Below are positions 1-10,977 of a stretch of DNA of 64,000 bases, in pieces. The notes under the pieces are model-generated. The model was not told where the DNA came from. It saw only the letters and a list, made by a program, of their open reading frames with translations, and did no database searches. Origin of the DNA: a bacterium. GTDB taxonomy: Bacteria > Hydrothermota > 32-111. Position 1 is the stretch's first letter, and every line of letters begins with the position of its first letter. The DNA lies in the NCBI GenBank assembly GCA_050239825.1, contig JBFXGO010000001.1:78258-142257 (forward strand). The letters run 5' to 3'. Made by a program: the position numbers and the translations under genes.

Positions 1-2
1 CA

Positions 3-2270
3 AGAAAGATAGAGGATTATCCGATTCTTGTAGTTACTACCTCACGATATTCGGATGACGGCTCAAAAATTACACTGCCTGTCGAAGCGGAGTGTCCTGT
101 GAATGAAATTACAGTTGGCCTATTTGACCTTGAGCAGAGCAGGGATTATATTTCAAAACAGCTTATATTTTCGCCATCCGAAAATCTGATAGAGAAAATT
201 TTTCAAAAGACAGAAGGCAATCCTTTCTACATAGAACAGATATCTTTGTATCTTATCGAGAATGAAATCCTTGAAATAAAGAATGATGAGTATTGCCTGA
301 AAAAGGATATTGAAGATATTCCGCAAGGGATAAATGCAATAATCATTGCGAGAATTGACAGGCTAACGAGAGAACTGAAGGAGATGGTGCAGAGCGCCGC
401 AGTGTTGGGCAGAGAGTTTGAAATAGATGTTCTTTCGAAAATGCTTTCGGGAAGGATGGATGAAAAATCCCTTTCTGAAGGCGTCGATGAGAAAATATGG
501 CAACCCCTAAATCAGTTGAAATATATATTCAAGCACAACATGATGAGAGATGCGGCATACAATATGCAGTTGAAAAACAAACTGAAAGAGCTTCATCTTG
601 TAGCGGCGAATGCTCTTGAAAGAATCCACGGAAAGGAGATGGAAAAATATGCGGATATGGCTTATCACTATGAAAAAGGCGAAGTTTTCGACAAAGCCAA
701 ATACTATTATAAAGAAACAGGAATTGAATCCAAAAATAATTTTAGAAACTATGATGCGGAAAAATATCTTCTGGCGGCATTGAAATACTCTGATGACAGG
801 AATGAATATTTTGATCTGAACCTTGCTCTGGGGGAGGTATACTACCAAATGGGGGAATGGGAAAAAACGAAAATTATTTACGAGAATCTTGTTTCCGGCA
901 TGAAAGAAGCGGACGATGATATCAGGAAAGCCAGAACATTTCTTGCCTATGGAGAACTTTTGTTTGAAAGAGGCGAAATAGAGATGTCCAAAGAATCTTT
1001 TAAAAAGGCGGAAGTGATTTTCCAGACCGCTCAAAACAGAGAGGGCATGACAATGGTGCTGATGGGAAGAGCTCAGACATGTTGGAGAGCGGGCGATCTT
1101 GACATCAGCAGGGAGCTGTATCAAAAGGCGCTTGATATGGCTGAAGAGCTCAATAACAGCAAGTTGATAGCTGAAATACTTTTAACCATGGGCAACATCA
1201 ACAAAGACAAGTGTGAATTTAATGAGGCGATGGAGTACTACGAAAAGTCAAAGAAGCTTTGCACGGAGAATAATCATAAAACAGGTCTCTGCGGAGTAAT
1301 AGGCAACATGGGGTTGATAGAATGGATGAAGGGAAATTATGAAAAGGCTATGGATTATTTCAATGAAGAGATGGAGGTGGCAAAAACCATAGGTAGTAAA
1401 TTCGTGCTTAGTTACATATACGGAAATATGGGTTCGGTCTATTTTCACATGAACCTCTTTGACAAGGCGGAAGAGCACTATCTAAAACAGATTGCAATTG
1501 CCGAGGAGCTGGGTGAGAAAAAAAATATCAGGATTGCGCTCAACAATCTCGGCGGAGTATGCGAAATGAGAGGAGATTATGAAAAAGAGCTCGATTATTT
1601 CCAGAAGAGCCTGAAGATAGCGGAGGAGCTGAATGCGAAAATGGGAATAAGGATAGTGTTGAGCAATATAGGAAATGTGTATGGAAAGTGGGGTCAGCAT
1701 GATAAATCTCTGGATTATTTCACAAGAAGCCTGAAGATCGCTGAGGAGCTGGGCGATAAAAGAGGAATTTCCATTTTGAAAATGAATCTTGCATGTTCAT
1801 ACAATCTTCTTGGAGATATTGAAAGGGCGGAAGAGAATATTGATGAAGCATTGAAGATAATGATTGAATACAATCTAAATCCTAATATGGCAAAAGCGCT
1901 TTTAGAAAAATCGAAAATACTCTTTAAAAAAGAAAAGTATGATGAAGCTTTAGTTAAAATTGAAGAGGGGTTAAAAGCTCTGGAAAAAGGTGAAGTGCTC
2001 CTATCGGAGAGTGAAAGAATAGGGCTCATTATTCTGAAGTGTCTCATGATTTCTAAAAGAAACAAGGAAGAGGGGAAAGAAAAACTTTTAGAATTGCTCA
2101 ATGACGCCAAAGAAAAATCGGATATAGGCGATGTGTATAATGCATTGCTTGAAATATCAGGAGACGATTCATACAGGATTAAGGCGATTGAATCTTATGA
2201 GCAGTACTACTCATCCCATCCGGTAAAAGAAATAGAAGACAAAATAAAATCTCTCAGGAGAGAAAAATGA
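3..2270 (+). CDS. 5'-truncated STAND/AAA-type NTPase C-terminal region with long TPR array (probably an adenylate/guanylate cyclase-AAA-TPR protein)
   Basis: Frame is open from base 3, so the gene starts before the window. GNPFYIEQ, IIARIDRL, AAVLGREF and YIFKHNMMRDAAY motifs are typical of AC-AAA-TPR proteins, followed by many TPR-like repeats. Confidence 0.8.
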   Translation, partial: RKIEDYPILVVTTSRYSDDGSKITLPVEAECPVNEITVGLFDLEQSRDYISKQLIFSPSENLIEKIFQKTEGNPFYIEQISLYLIENEILEIKNDEYCLKKDIEDIPQGINAIIIARIDRLTRELKEMVQSAAVLGREFEIDVLSKMLSGRMDEKSLSEGVDEKIWQPLNQLKYIFKHNMMRDAAYNMQLKNKLKELHLVAANALERIHGKEMEKYADMAYHYEKGEVFDKAKYYYKETGIESKNNFRNYDAEKYLLAALKYSDDRNEYFDLNLALGEVYYQMGEWEKTKIIYENLVSGMKEADDDIRKARTFLAYGELLFERGEIEMSKESFKKAEVIFQTAQNREGMTMVLMGRAQTCWRAGDLDISRELYQKALDMAEELNNSKLIAEILLTMGNINKDKCEFNEAMEYYEKSKKLCTENNHKTGLCGVIGNMGLIEWMKGNYEKAMDYFNEEMEVAKTIGSKFVLSYIYGNMGSVYFHMNLFDKAEEHYLKQIAIAEELGEKKNIRIALNNLGGVCEMRGDYEKELDYFQKSLKIAEELNAKMGIRIVLSNIGNVYGKWGQHDKSLDYFTRSLKIAEELGDKRGISILKMNLACSYNLLGDIERAEENIDEALKIMIEYNLNPNMAKALLEKSKILFKKEKYDEALVKIEEGLKALEKGEVLLSESERIGLIILKCLMISKRNKEEGKEKLLELLNDAKEKSDIGDVYNALLEISGDDSYRIKAIESYEQYYSSHPVKEIEDKIKSLRREK

Positions 2271-2782
2271 ACAGAGAGCAGAATTTCCTTCTTACGAGAA
2301 GAAGCACGAGAAAGTATTCTGACAAAGAGATTGAAAAAAAAAAGATTGAAGTTATTTTGAAAGCTGGAATGTATGCTCCGTCAGCCCACAACACTCAGCC
2401 GTGGCATTTCATTGTCATCAGAAATAAAAATCTTATGTGCGAAATATCCAAAGTGCACAGATATGCCGGCATGACAAAGAATGCATCAGCGGTGATACTT
2501 GTATGTGCTGACACTGCAAGGCAGGATGACCCCGGATACTTTTCGCAGGACTGTTCGGCGGCGACAGAGAATATACTCCTTTCTGCACACATTGAGGGCA
2601 TAGGGGCATGCTGGATTGGCATTTACCCGGTAAAGGAAAGGATGGAGAAGATTTCCGCACTTCTAAAACTCAAAAAAAATCTCGCTCCTTTCTCACTGAT
2701 TGCGCTGGGTTATCCGGGAGAAACAATCGCAGGCAAAGACCCCGAAAGGTATGATAAGAAAAAGATAGAATTCGTAGATTGA
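2267..2782 (+). CDS. Nitroreductase family protein
   Basis: RRSTRKY, APSAHNTQPWHF, ATENILLSA and GIGACWIG motifs. Confidence 0.92.
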   Translation: MNREQNFLLTRRSTRKYSDKEIEKKKIEVILKAGMYAPSAHNTQPWHFIVIRNKNLMCEISKVHRYAGMTKNASAVILVCADTARQDDPGYFSQDCSAATENILLSAHIEGIGACWIGIYPVKERMEKISALLKLKKNLAPFSLIALGYPGETIAGKDPERYDKKKIEFVD

Positions 2783-2823
2783 AATAAAATCGGGGCGACC
2801 TGTTTTACTATCAAGCAAAAAAC

Positions 2824-3642
2824 TTAAAGAAGAAACATGCTGAATATTATTATCACAAGGGAAATATACTAATGAGGACTCAGACGCTCTTTGAACATGA
2901 AGACGGATACTGTAGCAGTGACAGAAGGGCTTGAACAGAATATCGGAGATGCCAGTGATATGGGAATTTTAACTGCCGAATAATAAAAAAGCATAAGACC
3001 CGAGGATACAAGAACGGCAAATCCAACTGCACGACTTCCGCATTCTTTTCTCTTCTTACTGCTATTATAAATAAGGAGTCAAAAGAGAAAAAGAAAGAAT
3101 TGAGTTAAAGAAAGAGAGTTCGTTAGGTTTGACTTCTAACAGCATGACTTTCGATAGAAATGCCCAGATTCCCAAGAGTAGAGTAGCGGCAAGAGTCAGA
3201 GCGAGCCACAGATACCTCTTTTTTTTCTCCTCCGCGGACCTATTGCCATCAAATGAAATTCCTATGCTTTCTGAAATTATAAGAAGCACTGCGATTCCCT
3301 GAACCACTGAAATCTTTTCTTTCAGAACAATTATTCCCAAAACAACACAGAAAATTGATGATGCAGAGAGTATCGCCGTAAGTATGGATACATCTCCATG
3401 AAGAAACGCAATTATGCAGAGCAGATAGGCGAGAATTGAAACAACCTGAACGGCAGAAAGTTTCAAAAGAAGATATTTATCCGGAAATTCGCCCCTCATG
3501 ACATAAAAAAAGAGTCCATTGAGAATCAGTTGAATGATTCCGGAGATAACCATTAGACGCCCGGTTTTAGGCGCATCACTGCGTATTTTGAAAAGGCATC
3601 TGCAATACCTATAAACAATGCGGCAAGTAAGGCAAAAATCAT
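2824..3642 (-). pseudogene. EamA/DMT-family transporter pseudogene
   Basis: Three hydrophobic segments in different frames: MIFALLAALFIGIADAFSK (from 3642), ORF 3553-3065 with GIIVLKEKIS, then AVGFAVLVSSGLMLFYY...VFMFKERLSPH*YISLVIIIFSMFLL*. There are frameshifts and an in-frame TAG. Confidence 0.8.
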
Positions 3643-3739
3643 TACTTCAGTATCTTGATAAAAATCAAATTGTAAAGATGTGCATATTGACAACCGATGT
3701 CTAATCATTATTATTTTAGATAATAAAAAAGAGGAGATT

Positions 3740-6700
3740 ATGATTGGAAAATTTTTTTTCGCGGACATATCAAATTTCACAAAGACAACTGAAATGTTTA
3801 TCAAAAAGAGTCAATACGGTCAGGAGGTTATAAGGGATATCGTGGACTCGGTATTTTCCGGCGCAATTCAGAAAATATATGAGAAAGACGGGTATGTAAT
3901 TCTATTTGCAGGCGACGGACTCCTATTCTATCTCTCTCCCGAGTTTTCAAATTCCGTCAGAAGCGAGTTTGAAAAAAACATAGATAAGTTCAACAGAAAA
4001 ATGTCAACCGAGCTGGGCATAAAAATAGAAGAGATGACTGAAAATCTATTTCCTCATATCGTAAAAGCAGAAAAAAGAGAGTTTATCTACTTTCATCCCC
4101 AGATATCTTCTTTCACCTATGAGGATATAAAAGAGAGTATCAATCTCGATTTTCCTCCCGTAATAGGGGAGATGAGAAAAAAAAATTCTCTTGGCGAGCT
4201 GAGGGAGATACCTGCAGGTTTCATAAATATTGCAGAGGAGAAGAAACCCGAGGATTTGAGAGAGTTTTTCGAGCAGATGATTTCAGAGGCAGACAGAGAA
4301 CAGGTTTATGTCAATAAAATAGAATGGGCGGATAAGGGATGGATGGTTCTTGTTGCCTGTGGGATGCCTGTCTCCGTGGAGAATGCTCCGATGCGTCTTC
4401 TTTACTATATGAATTACCTGCTCAAAAAGGCTGAACAACTTGGAATAGAGATTAAAATCGGATGCACCCTGAAGAAGGGATATGCAGGAATAATAGGCGG
4501 AGAAGAGAGATGGGAATACACATTCATTGGGGGAAACATAAATCTGGCGGCAAGAATTGCAGTCAAGGGGGAGAGTATGAAGATATTCTCCGACAAGAGT
4601 TTTGCGGATGCAGTATCGTCATCCGCTCTGTTTGACAAATACGGCGATTTTACTTTCAAAGGAATAAATGAACCGGTCGAAGTCATGTGTTTCAAAGAGT
4701 TTTCTGATTCATCAAAAAAGGATTTGTTTGTCGGCAGGCAGAAAGAGACCGCAGAGGCGATCTCTGCTCTCTCGAAAGATTCAACATGTCTTTTGGTCTC
4801 CGGAGAGGGGGGAATCGGAAAAACCCATTTTGTAAATTCAGTTTTGAAAAGTATTCCGTTTTCAACCATAAAGACTATCTGTTCACAGAGAAAAGAGCCA
4901 TTCTTTCTTGCGATGAAAATTCTTTTGGAAATGGATAAAGCAAGAGACAGCATAGATTCCTATGAGTCCGTCTTTCTAAGATTATCAAAAATGCAAACAG
5001 TCAAAGAGAGATTCAAGCATCTTTTAAATTCATTCACCAAAAGTGTTTTGATAATTATTGACGATTCACAATATATTGATTCTGAGTCCCTAGAGCTTTT
5101 GAATTGGGTCTTTTTTGAGAGACCGGAGCATATCAGGTTCATATTTATAGGAAGGGAAATGAAGAATCTTTCATTCATAAAATCAAAGCTCTCTAAATTT
5201 GCTTATACTGAAATAAATTTGATTGGTTTCAATGAGGAAGGCATTTCGGATTTTCTCTTCAAAAGCACAATGCTAAAGCCAAAACCTGAGGATGTGCGCG
5301 AACTTTCCCGCATTTCTGGAGGAAATCCGCTCTATCTAAACCAGATTATCTCTTTCATGCTAAAGGAAAACAACATCGAATCAAAGGGAGGATATCTTAA
5401 TTTCAAATCAAGAATTCAGGATTTTCCATATTCTCTTAAAGAGCTCATTCTGGTGAAGTTCGACAGATTCCCCGCTGTCACCAAGAATTTTGTGGAAACA
5501 GGCTCTGTGATAGGGGAAGAATTCGTAAACTCAATAGCTTTGAATTCAACGGGATCGGAAGACAGCATAGAGAATGCAGTGACGCCTGCGGTGGAAAATA
5601 AAATTCTAAGCAGAAAATACGAAACAGTCTCAATGTTTTATCATTCGATAGTCAAACAGACAATATTTGACAGAATGCTCAAAAAAAGAATTGATGAAAT
5701 CTGCGTCAAAGTGGGTGATGAGATGGCAAGGAGCAGTGATAATCCGTTTATGCTTCTTCAGGCTGGGGATTTTTACGCTTCAGCCGGACACAGCAGGGCA
5801 TTCGATATGTTCATCTCCGCGGCGAGGCTTTTTAAGAATGACAGGAACTCAATTTATGCTTCTCACTCTCTTAATAAAGCTCTCTCACAGAGTGTGCCTC
5901 CGCAAAAACAGCTTGAAGCGGTCATTCTGTACCCGGAAATTTCCAGACAGCATGTCGATAAAGAGTTCTTAGAAAACGCATTTTCAGCTCTTATCAGAGT
6001 AAAAGAAAAGCTTAGCAAAGATGATGCATCCGTTTATGAGTCCATAGCATACGGTTTTTTGAATATTCTAAGGGAAAACAAAAAGACAGAGCATGTACTG
6101 CGCCTTTATAAAGAGAAGTGCGGAGAGACATTCGGATACTGCATGCTCAAGGGAAGATTGGAGAAGGAAAAAAAGTCGATAGCCGGAGCCTTGAAGGTTT
6201 ATAAGGATATCAAAAAGAGATTTAAGATGAATTTTAACGAAGAATTTGAATATTATCTTGCAGTTGCATCATTTTATTTTTTTAATACAACCGACAGGAA
6301 AAATCTCGCAGTTAATCTGAAGAAACTCGAACTTGCAAGCAGAAAATTAAAGGATTCTGCAAAGAAAGCTGCTTACTTTGATTTTATGACATCCGTTTTC
6401 CTGCACACCAATGAAATTAAAAAGGCAGAGGCGTTCGCAGATAAGAATCTTCTGTTTGCGAAAAAAAGCGGTCAGACAGACCTTTTGACATCTCTCTACA
6501 ACACATTCGCAATAATCAACTCAAACAAATTCTTCAAAACGAAGAACCGCAAGTATGAAAAACTCTCATTGAAGTATCATAAAAAAATCTACGATATTTA
6601 CAAAAAGGATATGAACCTCTCAGCTCTTCCGCTGATCACGACTAATTTGGGAATGGCATATCTAATGGCCGGTGACGCAAAAAAGAATTTTCACTACCTT

Positions 6701-7468
6701 TATGAAGGACTCCTCTACGGACTTGAAATAGACCACCCTGTCGAGGTTCCTTACAATTACATACTGCTCTCTCTCTACATGTATGAACGAGGTGCCGAAA
6801 AAGCGGCATTTAATCTTTCCGATTTCATAATAAATTACAAACACAAAATCGATATATGCTCCACATCATTTTTCATGAAATATCTGCAGACCAGAGAAAG
6901 AAAATTTCTGAAGAGAGGATTGAACATTTCAGAGCGTTACCTGAAGAGACAGAATACACCGCCATATCAGATATACTATGATTTGATGTTTATGAAGCAT
7001 TACAGAGACAAGAACACAGACGAAATGAAGAGATTGATGAAACAGATATCCGAATTTGAAAAGAAGGCGAATCTGAGGCAAAATACGAAAAATAAGTTCA
7101 GGCAGATGAAACTGATTTCTAAACTGGAGTCAGGCTCTGCAGATGCCGTTGAAGCAGAAAAATCGGTAAATGAGGCGATGAAGATGAAGCTTTACTCGGC
7201 GACTGCGATAATGCTGTTTTTTTCCTACGGAAAATTCCTTATCTCGAAAAATAAGATTGACGAAGGGTTGAAGAGCATTGCAGAAGGACGCAGACTTTCA
7301 AAAAAACTTCTGTTCTTCAACCACACCCTTGCGATTGATGAGTATCTATCGGCAGAAATTAAAATGAACGCGGCTTCCATAAAGAGAACAGAAGAGAGCA
7401 GAAATACCCTGAAAATAATATCAAGCTTTGAAAATCTTGAGCAGTTCAAAGCATTCATCGAAGAGTAA
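3740..7468 (+). CDS. Soluble-adenylyl-cyclase-like class III cyclase + STAND ATPase + helical/TPR-like protein
   Basis: FADISNFT, FAGDG, NKIEWADKG and NINLAARI cyclase motifs; Walker A GEGGIGKT; Walker B IIIDDSQ; GGNPLYL. Start placed at ATG 3740 after GAGGAG. Confidence 0.85.
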   Translation: MIGKFFFADISNFTKTTEMFIKKSQYGQEVIRDIVDSVFSGAIQKIYEKDGYVILFAGDGLLFYLSPEFSNSVRSEFEKNIDKFNRKMSTELGIKIEEMTENLFPHIVKAEKREFIYFHPQISSFTYEDIKESINLDFPPVIGEMRKKNSLGELREIPAGFINIAEEKKPEDLREFFEQMISEADREQVYVNKIEWADKGWMVLVACGMPVSVENAPMRLLYYMNYLLKKAEQLGIEIKIGCTLKKGYAGIIGGEERWEYTFIGGNINLAARIAVKGESMKIFSDKSFADAVSSSALFDKYGDFTFKGINEPVEVMCFKEFSDSSKKDLFVGRQKETAEAISALSKDSTCLLVSGEGGIGKTHFVNSVLKSIPFSTIKTICSQRKEPFFLAMKILLEMDKARDSIDSYESVFLRLSKMQTVKERFKHLLNSFTKSVLIIIDDSQYIDSESLELLNWVFFERPEHIRFIFIGREMKNLSFIKSKLSKFAYTEINLIGFNEEGISDFLFKSTMLKPKPEDVRELSRISGGNPLYLNQIISFMLKENNIESKGGYLNFKSRIQDFPYSLKELILVKFDRFPAVTKNFVETGSVIGEEFVNSIALNSTGSEDSIENAVTPAVENKILSRKYETVSMFYHSIVKQTIFDRMLKKRIDEICVKVGDEMARSSDNPFMLLQAGDFYASAGHSRAFDMFISAARLFKNDRNSIYASHSLNKALSQSVPPQKQLEAVILYPEISRQHVDKEFLENAFSALIRVKEKLSKDDASVYESIAYGFLNILRENKKTEHVLRLYKEKCGETFGYCMLKGRLEKEKKSIAGALKVYKDIKKRFKMNFNEEFEYYLAVASFYFFNTTDRKNLAVNLKKLELASRKLKDSAKKAAYFDFMTSVFLHTNEIKKAEAFADKNLLFAKKSGQTDLLTSLYNTFAIINSNKFFKTKNRKYEKLSLKYHKKIYDIYKKDMNLSALPLITTNLGMAYLMAGDAKKNFHYLYEGLLYGLEIDHPVEVPYNYILLSLYMYERGAEKAAFNLSDFIINYKHKIDICSTSFFMKYLQTRERKFLKRGLNISERYLKRQNTPPYQIYYDLMFMKHYRDKNTDEMKRLMKQISEFEKKANLRQNTKNKFRQMKLISKLESGSADAVEAEKSVNEAMKMKLYSATAIMLFFSYGKFLISKNKIDEGLKSIAEGRRLSKKLLFFNHTLAIDEYLSAEIKMNAASIKRTEESRNTLKIISSFENLEQFKAFIEE

Positions 7469-7470
7469 TT

Positions 7471-8415
7471 TCATTTCTTTTTGCAGTAGTAGATGTCAGC
7501 CTCTATTATATTGACTGAAGAATCCATATAATGATGAACGAAATAAATATTGCCTTCGGAATCAATGGTAGGCTCTCCTGCGAAATTGGAAATTATCTCT
7601 TCCGGTTCGCTCCACACTCCATTTGTTTTCAAAGACCTGAACACCGCCGGTCCTGTGTATCCGAGTTTGCTGTCAGAAGTGTACCAAAGTTCATTTCCGT
7701 TGTCTGCAAGGCATGGCTGATTTTCATTCTTTGAAGTGTTCAGCGCCGATACTGCGGCAGGATTCTTCCATTCACCGTTTACATTCGAAAGAACCCATAA
7801 GTCATAATCAGTACCATTGTATTTCCCATAGTATAGAGTCGATTTGTCATCCGAGATATGGAATTCCCCAATGTCATAGGTTACATTCAGAGCTTCTCCG
7901 CAGTTTGTGACATCCGCATAGTCATCACCATTCCACACTGAAGTAAAGATGTCAATTTCACCGAGATTTCCGGTTCTGACTGAGGCAAAATAGAGAGTAT
8001 CTCCGGCTGCAAAAGCGCATCCGTCAAGGCATTCTATTGATTCAAGATATACTCTTCTCGGTTCAGTCCAGGAAAGGCCGCTCTTTTCGCTCATCCATAT
8101 TCCTGTGACAGTATCAACGAGCTGTTCAGTCAAAGGCACTCTCACATCAGGAGTAAAAAAGAAGAAAAACCTGCTCATGTCATCAGTTATAAAAGGCGAG
8201 TCCTCAGCGCCGAGAGTGTTTACCTGTCCCTCCATAGGCATCGGAGTCTCCCATTCATCTGACTGCATCACAGGCTTGAAAATGTCATTTTCCGGTGTTC
8301 CCTTGACTATATCCGTTGGAAGTTTATCCTCTCGGGAGATATCAAAATCGAAATTGTTCTGAGAGCATGAGGCAAGCATAACCGTCAAAGCAAGCAAAAA
8401 AATTATTCTGTGCAT
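7471..8415 (-). CDS. Lipoprotein with PD40/TolB-like beta-propeller repeats
   Basis: Lipobox LASC after MHRIIFLL; RBS AAGGAG; repeats such as VNTLGAEDSPFIT, LYFASVR and LNTSKNENQPCL. Confidence 0.7.
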   Translation of the reverse strand: MHRIIFLLALTVMLASCSQNNFDFDISREDKLPTDIVKGTPENDIFKPVMQSDEWETPMPMEGQVNTLGAEDSPFITDDMSRFFFFFTPDVRVPLTEQLVDTVTGIWMSEKSGLSWTEPRRVYLESIECLDGCAFAAGDTLYFASVRTGNLGEIDIFTSVWNGDDYADVTNCGEALNVTYDIGEFHISDDKSTLYYGKYNGTDYDLWVLSNVNGEWKNPAAVSALNTSKNENQPCLADNGNELWYTSDSKLGYTGPAVFRSLKTNGVWSEPEEIISNFAGEPTIDSEGNIYFVHHYMDSSVNIIEADIYYCKKK

Positions 8416-8522
8416 TCTCTCTCCTTTTTGATTGATACTATCAGAAATTGTCGGATAAATCAATTGATTTTTCCATTGCTTGATTATTGACATTTTTTCT
8501 GTTAAAGGCATAATAATCAATT

Positions 8523-9461
8523 ATGAAAAGAGCGTCCCTTGTTATTTTTATCATCTCTGTGACTGCAGTTCTCATCGCATGGTCTCTGCTTAACAGAAGC
8601 CTCATAAATAAAGCAATGACAATTCATGCCCCTGAAATAGGCGGCAATGTAAAGACTCTCATTATGGGAGATTCGCATGCGCAGACCGCTCTTGACCCTT
8701 CCCTGATGAAAGACGCTATAAGTCTTACATACAGCAATGAAAATTATTTCTTTACTTACTATAAGCTGAAGTGGGCTCTTGAAAGAGGCAGGAATATTGA
8801 AAATGTCATAATTGGTTTTTCCATCCATAATCTTACGGATGCGCAGGAGAGAGTGATAAAGGAGAGAACATTCTTTCTTGAGCATGGATTCCTTCTTCTT
8901 GATGATTACGGAAAGAATATTGTCAAAAAAAAATCATCAGACCTCTACAACTATTTCAAACTCAAGTATGAGTTCGGAGCGCCTATGAATTTTTACAACA
9001 ATGACCTTCTTCTGATCAATTTTGCGTCTGATAAGGAAGAATTCCGCGAAAAAATATGGGGTGGGTATAAAAAGATGTCATCTGCCAATATGACTGAAGA
9101 GCAGAAGCAGAAACTGATAAAAGAGAAGAACACCAAGGATTACATATCGTCGCCTCTGATGACCGAATATCTTCTGAAAATAGTCTCCCTCTGCGAAGAG
9201 AGGAAAATATCCCTCTACCTTCTGAACACTCCCATTCACAAACTTTATTTTGAAAGATATACTGAGGAGACTGTGATAACATTTTTTAAAGACATAGAAT
9301 TTTTAAAGGAGAACGTTGACTTCAGGTATCTCGACTATCAGTGGTTTATGCAGGATGATTCTTTCTTCTATGACGGAGAGCATTTGAATGAAAGGGGAGC
9401 GGAAATCTTTTCCCGCATTATTGACAGTATAGTATCTGGAGGAGAGAAAAGTGCTATTTAA
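8523..9461 (+). CDS. Membrane-anchored SGNH-hydrolase-like protein (partner of the MBOAT acyltransferase)
   Basis: N-terminal TM helix, GDSH block I, C-terminal FYDGEHLN (DxxH); overlaps the downstream MBOAT gene. Confidence 0.65.
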   Translation: MKRASLVIFIISVTAVLIAWSLLNRSLINKAMTIHAPEIGGNVKTLIMGDSHAQTALDPSLMKDAISLTYSNENYFFTYYKLKWALERGRNIENVIIGFSIHNLTDAQERVIKERTFFLEHGFLLLDDYGKNIVKKKSSDLYNYFKLKYEFGAPMNFYNNDLLLINFASDKEEFREKIWGGYKKMSSANMTEEQKQKLIKEKNTKDYISSPLMTEYLLKIVSLCEERKISLYLLNTPIHKLYFERYTEETVITFFKDIEFLKENVDFRYLDYQWFMQDDSFFYDGEHLNERGAEIFSRIIDSIVSGGEKSAI

Positions 9462-10926
9462 TTCGTTGCAATACTTTATATTTTTCCCATTAGTAGCTGT
9501 TTTTTATTTTATAATCCCATTCAATTATCGCTGGATATGGCTTCTTTCAGCCAGTTTCTATTTTTATATGGCTTGGAAGCCGGAGTATGTTGTTCTTATG
9601 ATTGCGGCGATTCTCATAAATTACTCTGCGGGAATAATGATTCAAAGAAGCAGAAAAAAAGAATGGAAAAAATTTCACATGCTGTTTGGAGTATGCGCCA
9701 GTTTCTTTATTCTTTTCGTTTTTAAATATTTCAATTTCATTAACTCATCTGTGAGGGCTCTGTTTTCTTATTTCGGCATGGATTATCCCATAAGCGGCCA
9801 CAGTCTGCTACTGCCCGTGGGCATATCTTTTTACACCTTCCAGACTTTAAGCTATACTATTGATGTTTACAGGGGTAAAGAAAAAACGCAGAAGCATCTC
9901 GGAATATTTGCTCTTTATGTAACTTTCTTTCCCCAACTGGTTGCAGGACCGATAGAAAGATCCACAAATCTTTTGCCGCAATTCTTCAAAAAAAATGCCT
10001 TTGACCTGCAGAGGGTTCTTGACGGAGGAAAACTTATACTTTGGGGGCTTTTTAAGAAAATTGTAATTGCGGACAGACTTGCCGTTCTTGTCAATACGGT
10101 TTTCAACAACCCCCACGGTTATTCGGGGTTCCAATTTGTGACTGCAATAGTATTCTTTGCGTTTCAGATATACTGTGATTTTTCAGGTTACTCCGACATA
10201 GCCATAGGAAGCGCTCAGATAATGGGGTACAAGCTGATGGATAATTTTAACAGGCCATACTTTTCCAAATCTATTTCAGAGTTTTGGAAACGATGGCACA
10301 TATCGCTTTCAACATGGTTCAGGGATTATCTGTACATACCCATGGGAGGAAGCAGAACCTCAATTCCCAAGTGGTATTTCAATCTGTTTGTCACATTTCT
10401 TGTCAGCGGAATATGGCACGGGGCAAACTGGACATTTGTGGCATGGGGGGCATTGAACGGCCTTTACATTGTGCTTGAGACAGCGGGTATGAAGAGAATC
10501 AAGAGGATTGAAAATAAATTGAGATTGAATGAACATAAGACTTCGCTGAAAATCTTAAAAATCTCAACAACATTTTCCCTTGTTCTTTTCGCCTGGATTT
10601 TTTTCAGAGCGAATACAATTTCGGATGCTATATATGTGATATCAAATATCCCTAAAAATTTCATGGCGACATTCTGGGAAATCGCCACATTGAATGAACA
10701 TGCACTTAAGAAAATGGGAATAGAGAGAGTGGATTTTGTGATTTCCATAGCTGTGATACTCTTCATGGAATCAGTGCATGCGCTTCAGAGGCACAGGGGC
10801 ATTCGCTCAATGCTGAAAAAGAAGCCTCTGGCTTTGAGATATGTGGTTTATGCGGCATTTATCTTTGGAATAATTGTTTTCGGCACCTATATCAATTCCG
10901 CATCATTCATCTATTTCCAATTCTAA
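9451..10926 (+). CDS. MBOAT family O-acyltransferase (AlgI/DltB-like)
   Basis: LPVGISFYTFQ, FFPQLVAGPIER, YCDFSGYSD, FWKRWHISLSTWFRDY, SGIWHGANW, C-terminal FIYFQF. Confidence 0.95.
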   Translation: MLFNSLQYFIFFPLVAVFYFIIPFNYRWIWLLSASFYFYMAWKPEYVVLMIAAILINYSAGIMIQRSRKKEWKKFHMLFGVCASFFILFVFKYFNFINSSVRALFSYFGMDYPISGHSLLLPVGISFYTFQTLSYTIDVYRGKEKTQKHLGIFALYVTFFPQLVAGPIERSTNLLPQFFKKNAFDLQRVLDGGKLILWGLFKKIVIADRLAVLVNTVFNNPHGYSGFQFVTAIVFFAFQIYCDFSGYSDIAIGSAQIMGYKLMDNFNRPYFSKSISEFWKRWHISLSTWFRDYLYIPMGGSRTSIPKWYFNLFVTFLVSGIWHGANWTFVAWGALNGLYIVLETAGMKRIKRIENKLRLNEHKTSLKILKISTTFSLVLFAWIFFRANTISDAIYVISNIPKNFMATFWEIATLNEHALKKMGIERVDFVISIAVILFMESVHALQRHRGIRSMLKKKPLALRYVVYAAFIFGIIVFGTYINSASFIYFQF

Positions 10927-10977
10927 TACAATAAAAAATACTTTATTTTTTCTATTATTATGATATAATAACAAACT

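Noticed and set aside
3553..3804. 83-aa ORF as an independent gene, or a programmed frameshift into the EamA ORF
   Set aside because: Only the last 29 codons are EamA-like, and additional lesions downstream indicate decay rather than recoding.
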